DNA of 64,000 nucleotides from Holophagales bacterium. Its GTDB lineage: Bacteria > Acidobacteriota > Holophagae > Holophagales > Holophagaceae. Below are positions 37,495-44,768 of the stretch, in pieces. A program made the translations under genes and the position numbers. Where the stretch lies: positions 11,954-75,953 of the forward strand of contig JAYRFV010000065.1 in NCBI GenBank assembly GCA_041908165.1, written 5' to 3'. Position 1 is the first letter of the stretch. Each line of letters opens with the position of its first letter. Under the pieces are notes generated by a model. The model saw only the letters and a program-made list of their open reading frames with translations. It searched no databases and had not been told where the DNA came from.

Positions 37495-38858
37495 CGCGTC
37501 GGCCCCGCCGCCCCGGCCCGGCGGAACAGGTCGGCGTAGTCGCCGCGGCGGCGGATCACCCTGGCCCGGTCGCCCTCCACCAGCACCTCGGCCGGCATCG
37601 GCCGGGCGTTGTACTCGCTGGCCATGGAGAAGCCGTAGGCGCCGGCGTCCAGGATCGCCACCAGGTCGCCGGCCTGGGCCCTGGGCAGGGTGCGGCCCTC
37701 GGCCAGGATGTCGCCGGTCTCGCAGACATCGCCGGCGATGTCGACCTTGACGGGGTCCTGGGTCCGGCCGATCACCCGCACCCGGTGGTAGGCCTGGTAC
37801 ATGGCCGGCCGCATCAGGGTGTTGAAGCCGGCGTCGACGTTGACGAAGGTCTTCAGCGGGGTCTGCTTGACGGTGTTGACCCGCACCAGCAGCGTGCCGG
37901 CGCCGCCGACGAAGAAGCGGCCGGGTTCCAGCCACAGGGTCGGCTCGTAGCCGGCGGCGGCGACGCCCTCCTTCCAGATCGGCTCGAGGGCCGCAGCCAG
38001 TTCCTCCGGGGACATGACCTTCTGGCCGTCCTGGTAGGGGATGCCGATGCCGCCGCCGAGGTCGAGGAAGGCCAGCTGGATGCCCAGCTTGTCCTTCAGC
38101 TCCTTGACCAGGCCGAGCATCTTGCGGGCGGTCAGCTGGTAACCCTCGGCCTCGGTGATCTGCGAGCCGATGTGGCAGTGGGCGCCTTCGATGCGGATCT
38201 CGGGCATGGCCTTGGCCCGCTCGTAGGCCTTGAAGGCGAGCCCGCCCTCGAGGTGCAGGCCGAACTTGGACTCGGCGATGCCGGTGTTGATCTGGTGGAT
38301 CGTGTGCGGGTCCACCCCCGGGTTGACCCGGAAGGAGATGCGCGCCGTCTTCTTCTGCCGGCGCGCCTCGGCCTGCACCTGGCCCAGTTCGTCAAGGGAA
38401 TCCACGTTCAGCACCGTGCCCAGCTCGATGGCGCGGCGCAGCTCGCCGGGCCCCTTGGAGGAGGACGTGAACATGATCTCCGGGCCCTTGTAGCCCACCC
38501 GCAGGGCGGTCTCGATCTCGCCCTGGGAGACCACCTCGGCGCCCAGCCCCTCGGCCCGCAGCAGGCCGATGATGGCCGGGTTGGTGTTGGCCTTGAGCGC
38601 GTACAGGATCCGCAGCTTGGGGAAGCGCGGGGCGAAGGCCTTGCGCAACGCCGCCGCCTGGCCCTGGATGTGGGCCTGGTCGTAGACGTAGAGCGGCGTG
38701 CCGTGGGCCTTCGCCAGGCGCTGGAAGGCGGCGGCGACGCCGGGCTCGCCGGCGCGGTCGGCGCGGGCCGCCTGCAGGGCGTCGTGAAGGGTGGGGGCCT
38801 GCGCGGCCAGGGGCAGGACGAGCAGGAGTGCGGCGAGGGGGAGGCGGCGAAGGGGCAC
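37491..38858 (-). CDS. Diaminopimelate decarboxylase-like PLP enzyme (Orn/DAP/Arg decarboxylase fold III) with signal-peptide-like N-terminus
   Basis: TPLYVYD, YALKANTNP (PLP Lys), CHIGSQI, GGGIGIPY, EPGRFFVG, CETGD, YGFSMASEYNARP. N-terminus (GTG start, read as M) PLRRLPLAALLLVLPLAAQA precedes the conserved core by about 35 aa. GGAG lies 8 nt upstream of the start. Confidence 0.85.
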   Translation of the reverse strand: MPLRRLPLAALLLVLPLAAQAPTLHDALQAARADRAGEPGVAAAFQRLAKAHGTPLYVYDQAHIQGQAAALRKAFAPRFPKLRILYALKANTNPAIIGLLRAEGLGAEVVSQGEIETALRVGYKGPEIMFTSSSKGPGELRRAIELGTVLNVDSLDELGQVQAEARRQKKTARISFRVNPGVDPHTIHQINTGIAESKFGLHLEGGLAFKAYERAKAMPEIRIEGAHCHIGSQITEAEGYQLTARKMLGLVKELKDKLGIQLAFLDLGGGIGIPYQDGQKVMSPEELAAALEPIWKEGVAAAGYEPTLWLEPGRFFVGGAGTLLVRVNTVKQTPLKTFVNVDAGFNTLMRPAMYQAYHRVRVIGRTQDPVKVDIAGDVCETGDILAEGRTLPRAQAGDLVAILDAGAYGFSMASEYNARPMPAEVLVEGDRARVIRRRGDYADLFRRAGAAGPTR

Positions 38859-38877
38859 GGGGGTCTCCGAGGTGGGT

Positions 38878-40290
38878 TCAGTTCGGACGCAGGTCGTCGG
38901 GCATGCCCCAGGCCGCCCGGGCCAGGGCGAAGGCAGGCAGCGGGACCTGCACCAGCCGCGGCTGGCGGGCGGGGTCCAGCCAGCGCAGGAGCTCGAGCAG
39001 GTCCCCGGCGGTCAGGGCGGTGCAGCCCGCGGTGGCGAGGCCGGGGGGCACCGCCACGTGAAGGAAGATGCAGCTGCCTGCCCCGGGCCGCGGCCGCGTG
39101 TCGTTGTAGTGGATCACCACCATGTGCCGGTAGTGCTCGCTGTCCAGCAGCAGGTGCTCGGCGGAGCGCCAGGTCACCGGTGCCTGGGCGGAAGGCAGCC
39201 TGAGGAGGCGGTTGTAGTCGGGGTGGTCCGGGTCGTCGACGCAGCGGTCGCAGTCGGTGGCCCGGCGGTAGGCCAGCCGGATGCCGGCCGGCGCCTGCTC
39301 GGCGTAGCCCCACAGGTCGCCGAAGGCCATCACCCCGGCCGGTGAACGGCCGTCGCCCTCGCGCTTGACGGGTCCTTCGGCGGCGGGCGGCGGGGCCCCC
39401 TCGTCGCTGCGCCAGGCCATGCCCTGCTTACCGACCCACACCGCCATCGGCGGACCCACCTTGGCCAGCACCCCGTCGGACGTGCGCTCGAAGCGCTGGA
39501 GGGTGCCGGCGCTGGCATTCCAGTCGGCGGTGGTGACCAGCAGCACCTGCCCCGCCCGGGACAGCTCCGGCGCCGGCCGGCCGATGGCATCGAAAGCCAG
39601 GTTCAGAACCGGGTAGCGGGCGCCGAGGGGGTGGTCGTAGTGCCACCACTCCTCCTTGTCGACGCTGAACCCTTCGGCCTCCATCGCGGCGCGCAACAGG
39701 TCGCGGTGGCGGCGGGCGGCCTCGGATCCGCCGGAATAGGCCGGGTGGGCCTTCGGCGAGAAGTCGTCGTAGGCGCTGGGCATCTCCACGTCGGCGCCGT
39801 CCGCCAGCCGGACCAGGCTGAGGTCCACCGCGCAGCCGCGGTTGTGCACCGAGCCCTTGGCCGGATTGGCGACGTAGGCGCGCTTGGCCGGTTCGGTGGC
39901 GTCCCAGAACACCCGGGTCACCCACCAGGGCCGGTAGGCGTCGTGGATGCGCAGGGCGAAGCCCTGGGCGCGCAGGGCCCGGTTCGCCCGCAGCACCGCC
40001 GCGGCCACCGGCCGCTGCAGGAAGGCCCGGGCCTCTGCATAGACCGGGGCGCCGAGGAAGTTGTCCTTGCCGGCATAGCGGATGTCCAGCCGCAGGGTGG
40101 CGTCGAGGGCGGCGAGGTCCACCAGGTCCGGGGCCAGCAGGCCCGCGGGCTGCGCCGGGGGGGCCGCCCGCCGGGCCTCGGCGATCAGCGCCGGCAGCGG
40201 CCGCGGCTGGAAGCCCGGGGGGTCCGCCCGGGCCGCCAGGACGGCGAGAAGGACCGGGAGAAGGCGCAGGGCCGGCATCGGGAGCCTCAT
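38878..40290 (-). CDS. Exported fusion: VanX/DdpX-type D-Ala-D-Ala dipeptidase (M15D) + L,D-transpeptidase-fold (YkuD-like) domain
   Basis: Signal MRLPMPALRLLPVLLAVLAARA. N-domain DAYRPW, SVHNRGCAVD, EWWHYD. C-domain (about 38881-39558) GSCIFLHV....TAGCTAL. Confidence 0.8.
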   Translation of the reverse strand: MRLPMPALRLLPVLLAVLAARADPPGFQPRPLPALIAEARRAAPPAQPAGLLAPDLVDLAALDATLRLDIRYAGKDNFLGAPVYAEARAFLQRPVAAAVLRANRALRAQGFALRIHDAYRPWWVTRVFWDATEPAKRAYVANPAKGSVHNRGCAVDLSLVRLADGADVEMPSAYDDFSPKAHPAYSGGSEAARRHRDLLRAAMEAEGFSVDKEEWWHYDHPLGARYPVLNLAFDAIGRPAPELSRAGQVLLVTTADWNASAGTLQRFERTSDGVLAKVGPPMAVWVGKQGMAWRSDEGAPPPAAEGPVKREGDGRSPAGVMAFGDLWGYAEQAPAGIRLAYRRATDCDRCVDDPDHPDYNRLLRLPSAQAPVTWRSAEHLLLDSEHYRHMVVIHYNDTRPRPGAGSCIFLHVAVPPGLATAGCTALTAGDLLELLRWLDPARQPRLVQVPLPAFALARAAWGMPDDLRPN

Positions 40291-41420
40291 TCGCAGATCC
40301 TCCGGACGCGCCGGTGCAGGGCGCAGGTGACCTCGTAGGTGATGGTGCCCAGCAGCCGCGCCGTGCCCTCCACCGAGTTCGGCGGGCCAGGATCACGGCT
40401 CAGCAGCACCATGCGATCGCCGGGGTGGACCGGGACCTCCGGCGGCAGGGCCACGGTCATGGAGTCCATGGAGATCATGCCCACCACCGGATACAGGGCG
40501 CCGTGGAAGCCCGCCACGGCGCGGCCGGCCAGGGCCCGGGGGAACCCGTCGGCGTAGCCGCAGGCCAGGGTGGCGATCTGCACCGGCGCCGAGGCGACGA
40601 AGCGCCCGCCGTAGCCCACCGGGGTCCCGGCCGGCACCCGCACGGCGCGGAACACTTCCGCCTCCAGCTGCAGGATCGGCCGCAGCCCGGCGGCCTCGGC
40701 CCGGTCCGCCAGCCCGTACAGGGCGATGCCGGGCCGGACGTGGGTGTCGCCCTCGGTGAAGCCGCGCAGGCAGGCGGCGCTGTTGGCGTGGTGGACCTGC
40801 GGCGGCGCGAGGCCGGCATCGGCGAGCTGGGCCCGGGCTTCCAGGAACCGGCGCCGCTGCTCCTGCGACACCGAAGGGTCGGCATCGTCGGCCGAGGAGA
40901 AGTGGCCCATCAAGCCCCGCAGCCAGGGCCGGACGGTGCGCAGCAGGTCCAGGCAGGCTCCGAGTTCGGGCAGCAGCAGGCCGGACCGCCCCATGCCCGT
41001 GTCGAGCTTCAGCTGCAGGTCCACCGGGTGCCGGGGAAGCAGGTCGGCCAGGTCCCGCAGGTGGTCCGCCGAGACGACGGTGAGGTCCAGGTGGTGCGCG
41101 GAGGCCACCGGCAGGTCCTCGCCGGACAGGCCGCCGAACACCAGGATCCGGCCGCCGATCCCGGCCGCGCGGAGTTCCAGGGCCTCGGCCAGGGTCGCCA
41201 CGCAGAAGCCCGCGACGCCGGCCTCCGCCAGGGCCCGGGCCACCGGGACGGCCCCGTGGCCGTAGGCATCGGCCTTCACCACCGCCAGGAGGCCGAGCCC
41301 GCCCGCCGCCCGCCGCAGCGCGGAGAGGTTGTCCACCAGGCGGCCGAGGTCGATCCGGGCGACGGGCGCCCGGCCGGCCTGAACCGCGTCCGCGGCGGGG
41401 ATCGAACCGTTCGGAACCAT
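40287..41420 (-). CDS. alr: Alanine racemase
   Basis: LAVVKADAYGHGAVPVARAL (PLP Lys motif). 377 aa. No signal peptide. ATGA overlap with the downstream gene. Confidence 0.92.
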   Translation of the reverse strand: MVPNGSIPAADAVQAGRAPVARIDLGRLVDNLSALRRAAGGLGLLAVVKADAYGHGAVPVARALAEAGVAGFCVATLAEALELRAAGIGGRILVFGGLSGEDLPVASAHHLDLTVVSADHLRDLADLLPRHPVDLQLKLDTGMGRSGLLLPELGACLDLLRTVRPWLRGLMGHFSSADDADPSVSQEQRRRFLEARAQLADAGLAPPQVHHANSAACLRGFTEGDTHVRPGIALYGLADRAEAAGLRPILQLEAEVFRAVRVPAGTPVGYGGRFVASAPVQIATLACGYADGFPRALAGRAVAGFHGALYPVVGMISMDSMTVALPPEVPVHPGDRMVLLSRDPGPPNSVEGTARLLGTITYEVTCALHRRVRRICE

Positions 41421-41569
41421 GGGGCCAGCGTAGCGGAGAATGGAACCCGCCGAGGGGCGATCCTCGGCGCCCCGGGGGATTTCGGCTCCGGCCTGCCGCG
41501 GCGGTGGCCGCGGGTGGGACCATCTGCGACCATGGTCAACGGTTCACCTGTCGATGAAGGGGTCCCCGC

Positions 41570-42463
41570 ATGAGAACCGCCGTCCTGCGCGCCGTCCTGC
41601 TGGGGATCCAGTTGCTGGCCGGCGTCCGCCCGCTCCACGGGGCCGAGGCGCCCGCCCACGTGGTGGTGCAGGCGGTGGTGAACCTGCATGCCAAGCCCAG
41701 CGCCGAGGCCGAGGTGGTCAGCCAGGCCCTGCTCGGCGCCCGGCTGCTGGAACTGGAGCGCGACGGCGGCTGGGCCCGGATCAAGGCCGAGGACGACTAC
41801 CTGGGCTGGGTTCCGCTGTCCGCCCTGCGTACCCTGGAGGGCGCCGAGCGCTACCCGGCCTCGCTGGAAGCCGGCAAGGTGGTCGAGGTCGACGCCCTGG
41901 CCGCCAACATCTTCGCCGAACCCACCGTCACCCGGCGGGCCCCGCTGCTGACCGCGCCCTTCGGCGTGCGCCTGGAACGCGACCCCAGCCCCAAGGACGG
42001 CAAGCGCTGGCTGCAGATCCGTCTGCCCGACCGCCGCAGCGCCTGGATCCAGTCCGGGGACGTCCGCACCGACCTCCGGCCGCTTAGCCTGGATGCCTCC
42101 CTGCTGCTGGCCCGGCGCTTCCTGGGGGTCAACTACACCTGGGGCGGCACCTCCAGCTTCGGCTTCGACTGCTCCGGCTTCACCCAGACCATCGTCCGCA
42201 GCCGCGGCGTGCTGATGCCCCGCGATGCACGCGTCCAGGCGGCCTGGTCCGGCCTGGCCGAAGTGGCCGACCGCGCCGACCTGCGGCCGGGCGACCTGCT
42301 GTTCTTCCGCGAGACCTCGCCGGCCATCTCCCACACGGGGATCTACCTGGGCGAGGGCCGGTTCATCCACGACAGCACCAGCCAGCGCCCCTGCGTGCAG
42401 ATCTCCGAGCTGTCGGAGCCCGGCTGGTCCAAGTCCCTGGTGGCGATGAGGAGGCTCAAATGA
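41570..42463 (+). CDS. Exported SH3b + NlpC/P60 gamma-D-glutamyl-(L-Lys/mDAP) endopeptidase (YkfC-like)
   Basis: Signal MRTAVLRAVLLGIQLLAG. Two SH3b-like segments. YTWGGTSSFGFDCSGF (catalytic Cys) and ISHTGIYLGEGRFIH. Confidence 0.85.
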   Translation: MRTAVLRAVLLGIQLLAGVRPLHGAEAPAHVVVQAVVNLHAKPSAEAEVVSQALLGARLLELERDGGWARIKAEDDYLGWVPLSALRTLEGAERYPASLEAGKVVEVDALAANIFAEPTVTRRAPLLTAPFGVRLERDPSPKDGKRWLQIRLPDRRSAWIQSGDVRTDLRPLSLDASLLLARRFLGVNYTWGGTSSFGFDCSGFTQTIVRSRGVLMPRDARVQAAWSGLAEVADRADLRPGDLLFFRETSPAISHTGIYLGEGRFIHDSTSQRPCVQISELSEPGWSKSLVAMRRLK

Positions 42464-43587
42464 ACCGACGGGAAGCCCTCCAGGCCCTGGCCGCGGGCAG
42501 TGTGGGCGGTTCCCTGCTGGGCCGCGCGGGACGGTCGGCGGACACCCCCGGTGCCCCGCCCCCGGTCGCGTTCAGCACGCGCATCCGCCGGCTGGAGCTG
42601 CGCCACGCCTGGACCACCACGATGTCCACCAGCGCCCACCGGGACACCCTCCACGCCGAGTACACCCGGGACGGGATCACCGGCTACGGCGAAGGCGCCG
42701 GCATCGTCCGCTACAGGCAGAACGCCGCCGACGGCCAGCGTGCGCTGGAGCCCCTGAAACCGCTGCTGCTGGCCGCGGACCCGTGGAAGCTGGAGAGGCT
42801 CTGGGCCGAACTCGACCGCCGCCTGCCGGGCCAGCGCGCCGCCCTGGCGGCGGTGGAACTGGCGCTGATGGACTGGCGCTGCAAGAAGCTGGGGATCCCG
42901 CTGTACCGGTTCTTCGGCCTGGACCCCGCCGACGCCGCGGTCACCACCATGTCGATCGGCATCGACACGCCGGAGCTGACCCGGCAGAAGGTCCGCGAGG
43001 CCGAAGCCTTCCCGTTCCTCAAGATCAAGGTCGGGCTGGCCTCCGACGAGGCGACCCTCGACGCCGTCCGCAGCGTCACCCGCAAGCCGCTGCGGGTGGA
43101 CGCCAACGAGGGCTGGACCTCCAAGGAGGAGGCGGTCCGCAAGATCAACTGGCTGGAGAGCCAGGGCGTGCAGTTCATCGAGCAGCCCATGCCCGCGGCC
43201 ATGATCGACGAAGCGCGCTGGGTGCGCAGCCGCGTGCACATCCCCATTTTCGCCGACGAGGCCTGCCATTCGGCGGAGGACATCCCCAGGCTGCGCGAGG
43301 CCTTCGACGGCATCGTCGTCAAGCTCGACAAGTGCGGCGGCCTGCTGGAGGCCCACCGCCAGATCACCGTGGCCAAGGCGCTCGGCATGAAGACCATGAT
43401 CGGCTGCATGGTGTCCAGCTCCTGCACGGTCACCGCGGCCGCCCACCTGACGCCGCTGGTGGACTATGCCGACCTGGACGGCCATCTGCTCATCGCCAAC
43501 GATCCCTACGCCGGGGTCGGCGTGGAGCGCGGCAAGCTGATCCTGCCCGGCGCCCCGGGACTCGGCGTCCGACTGCTCAAGCCCTGA
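42460..43587 (+). CDS. L-Ala-D/L-Glu (dipeptide) epimerase, enolase superfamily, with Tat-like N-terminus
   Basis: MNRREALQALAAGSVGGSLLG, then enolase-superfamily core: FLKIKVG, LRVDANEGW, FIEQP, FADEAC, VVKLDKCGG. Overlaps the upstream gene by 4 nt, as in the ykfB/ykfC pairing. Confidence 0.8.
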   Translation: MNRREALQALAAGSVGGSLLGRAGRSADTPGAPPPVAFSTRIRRLELRHAWTTTMSTSAHRDTLHAEYTRDGITGYGEGAGIVRYRQNAADGQRALEPLKPLLLAADPWKLERLWAELDRRLPGQRAALAAVELALMDWRCKKLGIPLYRFFGLDPADAAVTTMSIGIDTPELTRQKVREAEAFPFLKIKVGLASDEATLDAVRSVTRKPLRVDANEGWTSKEEAVRKINWLESQGVQFIEQPMPAAMIDEARWVRSRVHIPIFADEACHSAEDIPRLREAFDGIVVKLDKCGGLLEAHRQITVAKALGMKTMIGCMVSSSCTVTAAAHLTPLVDYADLDGHLLIANDPYAGVGVERGKLILPGAPGLGVRLLKP

Positions 43588-43601
43588 TCCGCACCGACCG
43601 G

Positions 43602-44744
43602 ATGAACCCGATGCGCCGCCGCTCCTTCCTCCGCCGCCTGCTCCTCGGGCTGCTGCTGGTCGCCCTGCCCCTCCCGCTCCAGGCCCAGGAGCGGTTCCTG
43701 GACGCCCCCAGGCCGGCGAAGGACGGCCCCCGCCTGGTGGTGTTCAATCCCACGGTCTACAACATCCGCTGCCTGGCGGCCCTGCGCCGGCTGGCGATCC
43801 TGGACGTCCCGGGGCTGACCGTGATCGGCGTCTACCACGTCCGCCAGCGGGAGGACTTCGCCGCCGCCGAGCGGCACGCCCGCGACGCCCGGCTGGACTG
43901 GTTCCGCTTCCACGCGGTCTCGGCTCCGGTGGGGGAGGCCGACCTCTGGCGCGCCAACGCCTGCACCCCGGAATTCCAGGCGGTCGTGCAGAAGGCCGAC
44001 GGAGCCATCTTCTTCGGCGGTCCCGACATCCCTTCCGGGATCTTCGGCCAGAAGACCCACCTGCTGGCGAACATCGAGGACCCCGTACGCCACCACCTCG
44101 AACTGTCCGCCCTCTTCCACCTGCTCGGCGGCGCCCAGGATCCGGCCCGCACGCCCCTCCTGGCGGACCGACCGGCCTTTCCGGTCCTGGGCATCTGCCT
44201 GGGCTTCCAGAGCCTCAACGTCGCCACCGGCGGCACCCTCGTCCAGGACATCCCCACCGGGATCTACGGCCTGTCCTACGTCGAGGACATCCTCGCCCAG
44301 GACCCCGAGCAGTGGCACGCCAATCCGCACCGGCGGCTGCACCCCCTGGACAGGCTGATGCCGCAGAGCTACCACTCCCTGAACCTGGGTCCACAGGGAC
44401 GGATCTTCCCGGCCCTGGGCTTCGGCGCAGGCGACCACCCGCGGGTGCTCAGTTCGCACCACCAGGCCCTGGGCGCCCTCGGCCAGGGCTGGTTCGCCAC
44501 CGCCACGTCCCGCGACGGCAGGGTGATCGAGGCGATCGAGCACCGCCGCTTCCCGAACGTGCTGGGCGTGCAGTTCCACCCCGAGCATCTCCAGCTGTGG
44601 GATGCCTCGGCTCCGGTCCGGCAGCGGCCTGGCGAGGCCCCGACCAGCCACCCCGCCCTCCTCGCCGGCGCCCCCCGCAGCCTGGAGTTCAACCAGGCGA
44701 TCTGGAAATGGCTGGGTGCCCGACTGCGCGAGGCCCGGAAGTAG
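43602..44744 (+). CDS. Peptidase C26 / class-I glutamine amidotransferase-like gamma-glutamyl hydrolase with signal and ~130 aa N-terminal extension
   Basis: MNPMRRRSFLRRLLLGLLLVALPLPLQAQE. VLGICLGFQSLN (Cys), SSHHQAL, GVQFHPE (His). Confidence 0.78.
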   Translation: MNPMRRRSFLRRLLLGLLLVALPLPLQAQERFLDAPRPAKDGPRLVVFNPTVYNIRCLAALRRLAILDVPGLTVIGVYHVRQREDFAAAERHARDARLDWFRFHAVSAPVGEADLWRANACTPEFQAVVQKADGAIFFGGPDIPSGIFGQKTHLLANIEDPVRHHLELSALFHLLGGAQDPARTPLLADRPAFPVLGICLGFQSLNVATGGTLVQDIPTGIYGLSYVEDILAQDPEQWHANPHRRLHPLDRLMPQSYHSLNLGPQGRIFPALGFGAGDHPRVLSSHHQALGALGQGWFATATSRDGRVIEAIEHRRFPNVLGVQFHPEHLQLWDASAPVRQRPGEAPTSHPALLAGAPRSLEFNQAIWKWLGARLREARK

Positions 44745-44768
44745 CCGGAGCGGCCGGCCCGCTCAGGA

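Noticed and set aside
41421-41569. Regulatory site in the alr / NlpC-P60 divergent spacer (for example the GACCATGGTC palindrome)
   Set aside because: This is a short palindrome containing an NcoI-like CCATGG core, easily expected by chance in GC-rich DNA. There is no second copy elsewhere in the cluster and no cognate regulator gene.
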